This document shows positions 28,111 to 36,068 of a stretch of 36,068 nucleotides of DNA, piece after piece (within the stretch, counting starts at the first letter, position 1; each line of letters opens with the position of its first letter). The position numbers were made by a program, and so were the translations under genes. The notes under the pieces were generated by a model that saw nothing but the letters and a program-made list of their open reading frames with translations, had not been told where the DNA came from and did no database searches. Origin of the DNA: a bacterium (lineage in GTDB: Bacteria; Zhuqueibacterota; Zhuqueibacteria; Zhuqueibacterales; Zhuqueibacteraceae). Location of the stretch: contig JBIOXB010000181.1 of the NCBI GenBank assembly GCA_044869275.1, positions 1-36,068 of the forward strand, in the 5' to 3' direction.

Positions 28111-29458
28111 GTGAAGAAGCGATAGCCGCGGGAGCGGCTTGCTGGCGTTGCTTTTCGCGCCAAAAGAAAAATGCCGGCGCGCCGAGCAACACCACGCCGA
28201 TGCCGAACAGCGCGCGTGCGGGCTGGGAAATGACGGTATTGAGAACGATGGCCAGCGCGGAGAGAATAAAAAGCAGCGGCGTGAAGGGATAGCCGGGAAC
28301 GCGAAACGGGCGGAGCCAATCCGGATGGCGGCGGCGATAGACAAAAATGCCCGCAGCGCCCAGCGCGTAAAAAATCCAGCCGGCAAAGACCACGTAAGTG
28401 AGCAATTGTTCGAACGTGCCGGTGGCAGCCATGGCGATCGCCAACAACGAGCTCCAGGCGATGGCCAATGCCGGCGTGCCGAAACGCGCATGCACCTCGC
28501 CGAGACGGCGGAAAAACACGCCGTCGTTCGCCATGGCGTAGTAGACCCGTGAGGCCGTCAAGGTGACACCGTTGGCGGCGCTGAACATGGAAACCAAAAT
28601 CGCGGCGGCGATCAGTTTCCCGGCGGCGGGTCCGAATCTCGTGCTCACAGCCTCGGCAGCGACGCGTTGGGATTGCTCCATTTGTTGCGGCCCCAAAGCT
28701 GCGAGATACGCGACATTCGCGAACAGGTAAATCCCGATGAGCGCCGCCGTGCCCAGGACGAGGCCGCGCGCGAAAGTGCGTTGCGGGTCGAGCGTCTCAC
28801 CCGCGGAGAAGGTGAGATATTGCCAGCCTTCGTAGGCCCAAAGCACGCCGATCATCGCCAGCCCGACGCCGGATAATAAGTTCGAACTAAAAGATACCGG
28901 CCAAAATTGGAGATGTTGCCCGGAAAGGCCGGTTCCCATCGCGAGCAAAGCCGCGCTCATGACCAATATGGCACCCGCTTTGAAGCCCGTGGTCCAATTC
29001 TGCACGTTGGCGCTCTGGCGCGCGCCGCGAATGTTGATGAGCGCGACGGCAAGAATCATTAGGACGGAAACGAAGCGCGCCAGCAAAGGCGAAAGCGGGA
29101 CGATCTGTTGCAGATAAGCGGAAAAAGCCACGGCGAGCGTGGCCACCGACCCGCTGCCCATGATAAAGAACAAGGTCCAGCCATATAAAAACGCCGGCAG
29201 CGCGCCGAAAGCGTCGCGAATGTACACGTACAATCCCCCGGCATGAGGCACCATCGCCCCCAGTTCGCCGAAAGTGAGCGCGCCCAACAAGGACAAGACC
29301 CCGGCCACCAGCCACACCATCAAAGCCACACCCACCAAGCCTTCGCTTTGGCGCAGCACCACCGCGGGAACGATGAAAATCCCCGAACCAATGACGGTGC
29401 CGATAACGATCATGATCAAATCGTGCAGGCGAAACGTGCGGGCGAGCTGGCCAGCCAT
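28100..29458 (-). CDS. APC-family amino acid permease (LAT/SteT-like)
   Basis: IGSGIF, ELGAMVPHAGG, WAYEGW, SRVYYAMA, RPFRVPGYP; about 12 TM; GGAGG RBS. Confidence 0.94.
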   Translation of the reverse strand: MAGQLARTFRLHDLIMIVIGTVIGSGIFIVPAVVLRQSEGLVGVALMVWLVAGVLSLLGALTFGELGAMVPHAGGLYVYIRDAFGALPAFLYGWTLFFIMGSGSVATLAVAFSAYLQQIVPLSPLLARFVSVLMILAVALINIRGARQSANVQNWTTGFKAGAILVMSAALLAMGTGLSGQHLQFWPVSFSSNLLSGVGLAMIGVLWAYEGWQYLTFSAGETLDPQRTFARGLVLGTAALIGIYLFANVAYLAALGPQQMEQSQRVAAEAVSTRFGPAAGKLIAAAILVSMFSAANGVTLTASRVYYAMANDGVFFRRLGEVHARFGTPALAIAWSSLLAIAMAATGTFEQLLTYVVFAGWIFYALGAAGIFVYRRRHPDWLRPFRVPGYPFTPLLFILSALAIVLNTVISQPARALFGIGVVLLGAPAFFFWREKQRQQAAPAAIASSQSH

Positions 29459-29702
29459 CCTTCCTCCGTCAGTAAGTGAGATGAGAAGATTGGTGATGAA
29501 TTCTCAATGACTCTGCGGTTGTAAATTATTCAGGTTAGCACAAGGTAGTGAATCAAATTTGAAAAGCAAGTCGCCCATTGGTGTTGTGCCGGGGCCAGCC
29601 GGGATCCCTTGCGAGATGATATTTCAGGGTGGGCTGCAAGGGATGGCATCGCAGAATTTGCGGATTGACTCTTAGACGGCTCTGATGCATATATCCCATA
29701 CA

Positions 29703-29729
29703 TACAACTTTTTCGCGCTTGATCCTGTA
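29703..29729 (+). promoter_or_regulatory. Putative ECF-type autoregulatory promoter
   Basis: TACAAC-N17-TGTA just upstream of the sigma gene, similar to ECF AAC/CGTA elements. Confidence 0.35.
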
Positions 29730-29750
29730 TTTGATGTAAAGCGTAATTGG

Positions 29751-30326
29751 ATGCCAGGCATGGAAACAAGCACTGATCAAGAGTTGATGAACATGGTGCT
29801 CCAGAAGAACATGCGTGCTTTTAGAATTCTCTATGCCAGGCATGAATTGAGCATCTACAATTTCATTGTACGGTATACCGGGAACCGGCAAATCGCGCAA
29901 GATTTGTTGCAGGAGACCTTCACCAGAGTTTGGTTTGCCGCACATTTGTTCGATCAGGCCGGCGGCAATTTTAAAGGGTGGCTCTATACCATTGCATTAA
30001 ATATCGCCAGAAGTGAAATGTCGAAAAAACGTTATGCCTATCACTATTTCGAGATTTCTGAAATACCGCGTCATCATGAGCCGGTGAATCCACGGTCCGA
30101 GGAGCCGGACGCGCAAAGCGAGCATACGGATTTGAAGGAGATGATCGCGCGGGCGCTGGGGAGACTCAGCCCGCTGCTGCGCGAGATTGTCATTTTAAAA
30201 CATTATCAGCAGTTGAAATTCAAGGAAATTGCAGCCATGACGCAGACGCCCGAAGGAACGTTGAAAGCCAGGTTTCACCGCGCCATGGCCGAATTGAAAA
30301 TACTGATGCAGCCGATGGAGCTGTGA
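29751..30326 (+). CDS. ECF RNA polymerase sigma factor
   Basis: AFRILY, AQDLLQETF, FKGWLYTIA.N, region 4 KEIA...TPEGTLKARFHRA; start 29751 or 29760. Confidence 0.94.
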   Translation: MPGMETSTDQELMNMVLQKNMRAFRILYARHELSIYNFIVRYTGNRQIAQDLLQETFTRVWFAAHLFDQAGGNFKGWLYTIALNIARSEMSKKRYAYHYFEISEIPRHHEPVNPRSEEPDAQSEHTDLKEMIARALGRLSPLLREIVILKHYQQLKFKEIAAMTQTPEGTLKARFHRAMAELKILMQPMEL

Positions 30327-30329
30327 ATC

Positions 30330-30821
30330 ATGCCCCATAAGAATGAAGATGCGTTGTTGAGCTTGTTTTATGGCGAGGCCTCGCCGGCTGAGGAGCAGCA
30401 CCTGCGGCAACATCTCGCTGGCTGCGAAGCTTGCCGGGAGTACATGCGATTGTTGCAGCGCATGAATTCAGCATTGAACCGCTGGCCGGAAGAAAGGCCG
30501 TTGGCGGACACATGCGATCGTATCCTTGCCACTATCCCCTCGGAGCGGCCGCGCGCGCGACATGTCAGGACGGCCGTTTCTCCCCGGCCGATCTTCAACA
30601 TTGCTTTTGCTATGCTCTTCATTCTGTTACTGATTTACTTTGCGCAAAGCCAGATCAGCCTGCTGCCGATTTGGGAATCGCTGGCGCGATATTGGGTCAT
30701 TCGAGCCCTGGGCAGCCTCGGCTTTGTGGCATTGGTGTTTTTCGGCATCGGGACTTTTATGACCTTGTCACTGGCTCCAATTTTGTATTTTGATTTGCAC
30801 AAAAGAAACTTGCACACTTGA
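30330..30821 (+). CDS. zf-HC2 (ZAS) anti-sigma factor with two TM helices
   Basis: HLAGCEAC (HxxxCxxC); two hydrophobic segments; 3 nt after sigma stop. Confidence 0.85.
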   Translation: MPHKNEDALLSLFYGEASPAEEQHLRQHLAGCEACREYMRLLQRMNSALNRWPEERPLADTCDRILATIPSERPRARHVRTAVSPRPIFNIAFAMLFILLLIYFAQSQISLLPIWESLARYWVIRALGSLGFVALVFFGIGTFMTLSLAPILYFDLHKRNLHT

Positions 30822-30835
30822 CTGCGGAGAATCGC

Positions 30836-31996
30836 ATGAGCAAAAAAAAGCTGATTCGGAAAATGGCCGTACCGGCGGCAAGCGCTTTTGTTATTTCTGT
30901 GATCACATTGCTAGTGTTCGAGGGTCCGATCGAGCACACGTGGTATAAAGAGCACGTCGCCAGATTGGATGCGCACATGAGCAAGCTGGCGGAAGCCAGC
31001 CAGACCGAGCTCACACAAATCGCCGGAAGAATTGCGGCGACGGGCGCAGCAGATATTGGCGCCAGCCGCGCCGCGGCAGAGCTGCAATCAGAGCTGCTGC
31101 GGGAAAATCAAAAAGTCGGGCAGGCCAAGAGATATCTTTGGATGTCCACGCAGCGCGGTGATTTTATCTTTGGCGTCCCCGCTCAGGTGTTTGCAAAACT
31201 AAACGAAGGTTTCGACAAAAACAGCGAGACCATCGTGCGCGATGGGCACTACAAGGACCGCAATGATTTTCTCATGAAACTGGTAGATCAGCACGACCGC
31301 GTTTCTTTTTCTGATCGCGAATTGTCGGAGGAAGAGCGGCAAAGGTTCGGGGATTATGACGGCAACGAGGGAAGGATCGACTGGCGGTTTTACCGGGAAC
31401 AACCACCAGACTGGCAATACCTGAGGCCGCGCAGTTTGGTTCTGTCGGCGCCCGTCACCAACGCTGCGGGCGGCGTCGAAGGAATATTGTTTCTGAAAGT
31501 GGACGACTCCGCAAATCGAGAACTTTATTACGGCCGCTATCGCGCAGCGGAATCGAATATCTACCACAGTCTATTTCTGCCCTTTTTTGCTCCCCTGGCG
31601 GTGTTTTCCGGCTTATTCCTTTGGTTTCTCCTGCCCAGTTGGGTGTATATCGATGCCCAGGAACGCGGTGTGAGCAATCCCGGGGTTTGGGCTTTTATTA
31701 CGCTTGTTTCACTTATTTTTGGTCTTGCCATCTATCTCATCACCCGGCCCTCGACCACGAAGTCACTGCATTGCCCAAAATGCGAAAACCAATTGAATGG
31801 CGCCGGCGCGTTTTGCCCGCATTGCGGCTTCGATCTTTCCAGCAGCTACTGCCCGCAATGCCAGTATCCCATCAAAGCAGAGTGGTCGTTCTGCCCCAAT
31901 TGCCGGGCCGGGCTCTCAGAACGCAAGGCCCTTGCAGCTTCGCCGGAGCAATTGAAGCTGTCTGAATCGGCACGTGACAGCACCACTAGCGAATGA
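30836..31996 (+). CDS. Membrane protein: extracytoplasmic Cache/PDC-like domain, PLDc_N-like hairpin and double zinc ribbon
   Basis: N-terminal TM; LSAPVTNAAGGVEGIL strand motif; WVYIDAQERG...GLAIYLITRP; CPKC, CPHC, CPQC, CPNC; alternative TTG start at 30818. Confidence 0.8.
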   Translation: MSKKKLIRKMAVPAASAFVISVITLLVFEGPIEHTWYKEHVARLDAHMSKLAEASQTELTQIAGRIAATGAADIGASRAAAELQSELLRENQKVGQAKRYLWMSTQRGDFIFGVPAQVFAKLNEGFDKNSETIVRDGHYKDRNDFLMKLVDQHDRVSFSDRELSEEERQRFGDYDGNEGRIDWRFYREQPPDWQYLRPRSLVLSAPVTNAAGGVEGILFLKVDDSANRELYYGRYRAAESNIYHSLFLPFFAPLAVFSGLFLWFLLPSWVYIDAQERGVSNPGVWAFITLVSLIFGLAIYLITRPSTTKSLHCPKCENQLNGAGAFCPHCGFDLSSSYCPQCQYPIKAEWSFCPNCRAGLSERKALAASPEQLKLSESARDSTTSE

Positions 31997-32148
31997 TTGG
32001 CTGAAGCAAAAGTCCGCATTTATCCACCAAACCCGGACAAGCCGAACCAAAAGCAAAAACTATCTCCCACGGAAATGGAACCGCCACGGAAAAATCAATT
32101 GATTTCCGTGCCGTTTGTGATGCACCATCAAACCATGATGGGAAACAC

Positions 32149-32318
32149 ATGGGGTATGATCCTAAAATTCATCATCGCCGGTCCATTCGTTCAAAGGGAT
32201 ATGACTATTCCCAGGCAGGCGCGTATTTCATCACGATTTGTACGCACAATCGGATATGTTCGAGGTGATGCCAAATCATACGCACGGCATTTTGGTCATC
32301 GCCCATCAAATTGACACT
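32149..32318 (+). pseudogene. REP-associated tyrosine transposase (RAYT/TnpA-REP) remnant
   Basis: Frame 1 (32149-32268) MGYDPKIHHRRSIRSKGYDYSQAGAYFITICTHNR; shifted frame FEVMPNHTHGILVI (HUH motif); C-terminal half absent. Confidence 0.85.
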
Positions 32319-32443
32319 GTAGGGGCGACCCGCCAGGTCTTCCTGCCCGGCACGGATCAACAACCTGAACTCGTCACCACAAATGAACCAAACAAGGTGA
32401 TTCAGGCAGCGGAAACAGGGGCGACCGGCCCTGTCGGCCCTAC
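32319..32443. repeat. Inverted pair of GTAG-type REPs (REPIN-like)
   Basis: GTAGGGGCGACCCGCCAGGTCTTCCT (32319-32344) and AGGGGCGACCGGCCCTGTCGGCCCTAC (32417-32443). Confidence 0.8.
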
Positions 32444-33639
32444 GGGTTCAATCGATGCAGTGCTTCCGATGTCACCCTCGCCGTTTCCGCCAGCACCGCG
32501 GCGCCGATGAAAATGCTTTCTTCCGCGGGATAAAAACGCGAGGAATGCGCGGGTGTGGCGTCGCCGCCGGGCTCGCGTGCACCGATGCGCAAAAAGCAAC
32601 CGGGAGTTTTTTCGAGATAGAAGGCAAAATCTTCGCCGGTCATGTTGAGAAAGCCGAGGGGCACGAGAGCTTCTTCACCTATTAACGATCTCACCGCTTG
32701 CCGCGCCCATTGAATGGGGCCTTCAGGGTTCACCAGGGGCGGTGTGCCCTCAACGATTCTAACCATAGCGTCCAAGCCATAGGCTCGTGCAATTGCTTCG
32801 GAAATATCTCGCACTTCAGTTTGCAATAACTGGCGCGCTGCCGGTAGCGTGGTGCGTAAGGTGCCGGTGAGCTGCGCGCGCCCTGGGATGATGTTCGAAG
32901 CCGTGCCCGCGTGCACGCTGCCAATGGAAACCACGCCGGCATGCGCGGGATTCAAACGCCGCGAGACGATTGTTTGCAGGGCATTGATCAAGGCACCGGT
33001 GCCCACGATCGGATCGGCTGATTCATGCGGCCTGGCACCGTGCGCGCCTTTGCCGATCAGTTCGATCTCAAAAGTATCCGCCGCGGCGGCCAGCGGTCCG
33101 GCGTCGGCAACGATTCTTCCAACCGCAAAACGGCGGTCGACATGCGCGCCGAAAATCGCCTGCACATTTTCCAAAATGCCGCTTTGCAGAATGGCTTGCG
33201 CGCCCTGGCCAATTTCTTCGGCGGGCTGCAAAACGATCAGTACCTCTCCGGCGGCGGGATTTTCCGCCAATAAATGCGCCGCGCCGACGGCCCACGCGGC
33301 ATGCACGTCATGGCCGCAGGCATGCATCACGCCCGGATTCACCGAGGCCCAGAGCAACCCGGTTTCTTCTTGAATGGGCAGCGCATCAATGTCGCCGCGA
33401 ATGGCAACCAACGGCGCTTGAGAATTTCGACCGAGAAGGCGCGCGACGACGCCGGTTTCTGCAACGCGTTCGAGTTGAGCAGGCCGCAGGCTTTCTAGTG
33501 CAGAGTAGAGTCTTTCTGCTGTTCTTTTTTCCTGGAAAGACAATTCCGGATGTTGATGCAAATCGTGGCGCAAAGCCACGAGCTGGGTCTGCAAATGGGG
33601 AGAGAAAAGAAAGCGGACTTTTTCAGGAAGATTTAACAC
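32440..33639 (-). CDS. M20D amidohydrolase (probable N-succinyl-L-amino acid desuccinylase)
   Basis: LHQHPELSFQE, RGDIDALPI, MHACGHD, QPAEE, GAHGA.PH, GEDF, HSSRF; start uncertain (GTG 33639). Confidence 0.92.
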   Translation of the reverse strand: MLNLPEKVRFLFSPHLQTQLVALRHDLHQHPELSFQEKRTAERLYSALESLRPAQLERVAETGVVARLLGRNSQAPLVAIRGDIDALPIQEETGLLWASVNPGVMHACGHDVHAAWAVGAAHLLAENPAAGEVLIVLQPAEEIGQGAQAILQSGILENVQAIFGAHVDRRFAVGRIVADAGPLAAAADTFEIELIGKGAHGARPHESADPIVGTGALINALQTIVSRRLNPAHAGVVSIGSVHAGTASNIIPGRAQLTGTLRTTLPAARQLLQTEVRDISEAIARAYGLDAMVRIVEGTPPLVNPEGPIQWARQAVRSLIGEEALVPLGFLNMTGEDFAFYLEKTPGCFLRIGAREPGGDATPAHSSRFYPAEESIFIGAAVLAETARVTSEALHRLNP

Positions 33640-33759
33640 GAAATTCGCCGGCCATATCCTGATGCAGTTTATGCAAGGCTTTGCCATTCTGCGAGAAGCT
33701 TCCCGCGCGCTTGCGAAGGCGCCAAATCTATTATGCGGTGCATGAACTTGGGAAGGCCG

Positions 33760-33835
33760 CACCCTGAGCTTGTCGCAGCGTGCTAAGCTCAAAAATCAGG
33801 CTTCGACAAGCTCAGCCTGCGATAAGCTCAGCGTG
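33760..33835. repeat. REP-like palindromic element (CTGAGCTTGTCG family)
   Basis: CTGAGCTTGTCG (33764-33775) / CGACAAGCTCAG (33804-33815) perfect IR plus third copy CGATAAGCTCAG (33820-33831). Confidence 0.75.
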
Positions 33836-33896
33836 CTGAAAATCCGACGCAGTAGCTTATCAAATCAAAAGAAAACTGTTTTGAGAGCAACATGCC

Positions 33897-35024
33897 CTAT
33901 TTTGCGGCGAGTGCTTCGCAGCGCACGGTCAAGTCATCCACGCGATCCAAATCGACAGTTACACCCATACCGGGCTGCTCGAGCGGAACTTTGACCATGC
34001 CCTGCTGATCCATGGTCCATTCCGGCGTTACGATATCGCGCTCCCAATAACGCGCGCTGGGAGAGAGATCGCCCGGCAGCGTGAAATTTGGCAGCCCAGC
34101 GAGCGCGACATTGTACGCGCGGCCGATACCGCTTTCCAGCATGCCGCCACACCACACCGGGACGCTTTTGGTCGCGCAAAAATCGTGGATCGCCCGCGAG
34201 GCGCGGAAGCCGCCCACGCGGCCGGGCTTGAGGTTGATGATTTGACCGCTGCCTAACCTCACCATGTCTTCGGCTTTTTCCAGGCTGGTGATGGACTCAT
34301 CCAGACAAAGCGGTGTTTTGAGCTGCTGTTGCAAAGTGGCATGCCGAACGATATCATCCCACGCCAGCGGCTGTTCGATCATGATCAGGTTGAAATCGTC
34401 CAATTGCTGCAGCGTCGCGAGGTCTTCGAGCGCGTAGGCGTTATTGGCGTCGGCCATGATCGGAGCTTCGGGGCCAAGCGCTGCGCGCACGGCGCGCACA
34501 AATTCAACGTCCGCCCCGGGTTTGATTTTGACTTTGATTTTGCGATAGCCTTGTGCGAGACCAGCGCGCGCTTTCTCCGCCAAGACTTCGGGATTTTTTT
34601 GAATGCCCAAAGAAATACCCGTGGCAATGCGCGCACGCGTGCCGCCCAGTAATTTTGACAGGGGCAGCTCTTGTTTGCGCGCGGCGAGCTCCCACATGCC
34701 CATTTCCACCGCAGCTTTGGCCATGTTGTGACCGCGAAAGTTTTTCTCCAATGCGGCATGGACTTCGCGCGGATGCTGAAACGTTTTGCCCAAGACGCGC
34801 GGCCCTACCCATGCTTTGATCGCCAGCCACGCCGTGTCGATGGTTTCGGGTGAGTAATTCGGATGTTCGTCGGCCACACATTCCGACCAGCCCGTGATGC
34901 CGTCGGCGTCGCGTAACTGTAAAAGCATGATGCGCCTTTCCGCAACGACGCCGGAAGAGATTTCGAACGGCTCGCGTAAGGGCAGGTGAATTTCGCGCAG
35001 GGTGATTTTTTGAAGATGGAGCAT
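33897..35024 (-). CDS. menC: NSAR/OSBS subfamily enolase-superfamily enzyme (o-succinylbenzoate synthase / N-succinylamino acid racemase)
   Basis: KIKVKI (KxK), DAN, EQP, LDES, NLKPGRVGG, WCGGMLESG, PGDLS. Confidence 0.92.
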   Translation of the reverse strand: MLHLQKITLREIHLPLREPFEISSGVVAERRIMLLQLRDADGITGWSECVADEHPNYSPETIDTAWLAIKAWVGPRVLGKTFQHPREVHAALEKNFRGHNMAKAAVEMGMWELAARKQELPLSKLLGGTRARIATGISLGIQKNPEVLAEKARAGLAQGYRKIKVKIKPGADVEFVRAVRAALGPEAPIMADANNAYALEDLATLQQLDDFNLIMIEQPLAWDDIVRHATLQQQLKTPLCLDESITSLEKAEDMVRLGSGQIINLKPGRVGGFRASRAIHDFCATKSVPVWCGGMLESGIGRAYNVALAGLPNFTLPGDLSPSARYWERDIVTPEWTMDQQGMVKVPLEQPGMGVTVDLDRVDDLTVRCEALAAK

Positions 35025-35057
35025 TCTCCCTCTCTCATTTCAGCAAGATGACTGTGA

Positions 35058-35867
35058 TCAGCGCTGAAGCAACAGATAAAAACACCGTCCGCTGCCCGCC
35101 TCGCGCTGAAAAGCGACGACCTCATAACCGCGTTCTTGGTAAAACAAAAATGCGCGCCGCGTGGTGCGGCGCCAGGCTATGGCTTGTTCCATGGCAGCGG
35201 TTTTCATGGCGTAGATATCGGCGGGAATCTCCACGCGCACGGCGGAATCCAGCGGCAACTCGCGTTCGACCGGCATCGGCGGCTCGCCCGTGGTGTTCAC
35301 AATGGGCACGGGAGGCAAAGGCTTCGGCCATTTGCCCGCCAGGTTTTGCTTCGCCTCCTCGTTCGCCAGCGGCCACGCCACAATGAAACGATCCAGACTC
35401 ATACCGCGGTGCAACGCGCCGCCCGGGTCTTCGCGATACATGTCGGGCACGTATTCCTCCAGGTGCGCGCCGAGGCGATTCAAGTTGAGATGCGCATTGC
35501 GCGCCACCAGTGGATCGTAGGTCCAATACATCACTTCCACTCCCACCTGTTGCACTTGTTCTTTCTGATAAAGTTTCAAGCGCCGGCCCAGGCCTTGATC
35601 GCGTGCCTCGGGCCGCACCGCAAGCATATCCGACCAATGCACCAAACGGCCGTCTTTCACACCGGTCAATCCAAAAACAAACCCCAGCAGTTTGCCGGAA
35701 GCATCGAATGCCCCGGCTGCCACACCCCCGATTTTTTGACTCACCAATAGTAAAGAGGGCGGCACGCACTCCGCAAAAGTATCGCCCCACGTTTCTTTTT
35801 GCAGTGCAACGCAGGCCTGATAATCCTCATGCGAGCTCAGGTTGCGCAGGAGAATTGCAGGCGTCAT
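35058..35867 (-). CDS. GNAT acyltransferase (D-amino acid N-succinyltransferase-like)
   Basis: HWSDMLAV, GLGRRLKL.Q, WTYDPL..RNAHLN..RLG, DRF; GGAG RBS before ATG 35867. Confidence 0.88.
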   Translation of the reverse strand: MTPAILLRNLSSHEDYQACVALQKETWGDTFAECVPPSLLLVSQKIGGVAAGAFDASGKLLGFVFGLTGVKDGRLVHWSDMLAVRPEARDQGLGRRLKLYQKEQVQQVGVEVMYWTYDPLVARNAHLNLNRLGAHLEEYVPDMYREDPGGALHRGMSLDRFIVAWPLANEEAKQNLAGKWPKPLPPVPIVNTTGEPPMPVERELPLDSAVRVEIPADIYAMKTAAMEQAIAWRRTTRRAFLFYQERGYEVVAFQREAGSGRCFYLLLQR

Positions 35868-35994
35868 TTGCGGCGGCTCCTTTCCAGGAGAGCTGCACGT
35901 TGGGGTTTGATCCATCTGTGCAAAGGTTTTTGTTTTTGTATAAAGATTACCACGAAAATGCAGTTTGCAAATTCATAAAACACTTCAGCATGCC

Positions 35995-36062
35995 GTCATT
36001 CCCGCGCAAGCGGGAATCCAGGGAGCACGAGGAACTTGGATTCCCGCTTTCGCGGGAATGAC
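35995..36062. repeat. REP/RPE-like composite palindrome
   Basis: GTCATTCCCGCGCAAGCGGGAATCCA...TGGATTCCCGCTTTCGCGGGAATGAC. Confidence 0.85.
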
Positions 36063-36068
36063 AGGTTT

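Noticed and set aside
29553..29945. 130-aa minus-strand ORF
   Set aside because: Typical antisense shadow of an ECF sigma gene
33897..35024. Menaquinone biosynthesis operon
   Set aside because: No other men genes nearby; GNAT/M20 context favours the racemase role, though bifunctionality is possible

Overview
Bacterial chromosomal window, GC-rich in coding regions. Two genes carry 'QNYPNPFN' T9SS-type/FlgD-Ig C-terminal domains, which suggests an FCB-group lineage such as KSB1 or Calditrichota (inference). Left part (minus strand): HAMP-class III adenylyl cyclase, PorV-like barrel/TPR protein, NusG-II (EetA-like) and Gx-transporter (EetB-like) pair, TPR lipoprotein, pyrK, pyrD, cdsA, a DUF5989/SxtK-like peptide, carA and an AT-richer orphan gene. 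Middle (plus strand): split heptose enzymes (rfaE1/rfaE2), a LytS/LytTR two-component system followed by three 21-bp-phased LytTR-type boxes, a secreted FG-GAP/ASPIC-UnbV protein, DPP-IV, a class D beta-lactamase homolog, EthD, TfoX, a broken Kelch/T9SS gene, an M28 peptidase and a PafA-type phosphatase. Right part: a telescoped ABC ATPase-permease pseudogene, an APC permease, an ECF sigma/anti-sigma/double-zinc-ribbon sensor triad, a RAYT transposase remnant with REPs, and a GNAT + NSAR/OSBS + M20 trio resembling the D-to-L amino acid succinylation pathway. Many intergenic gaps hold 7-, 8- or 9-bp-periodic inverted-repeat hairpins or REP/MITE-like palindromes. Best candidates for undescribed systems are the cyclase plus barrel-TPR trans-envelope module, the ECF triad, and the periodic hairpin elements. 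No rRNA, tRNA or CRISPR array was seen. All family calls come from motif recognition by eye; no searches were run.
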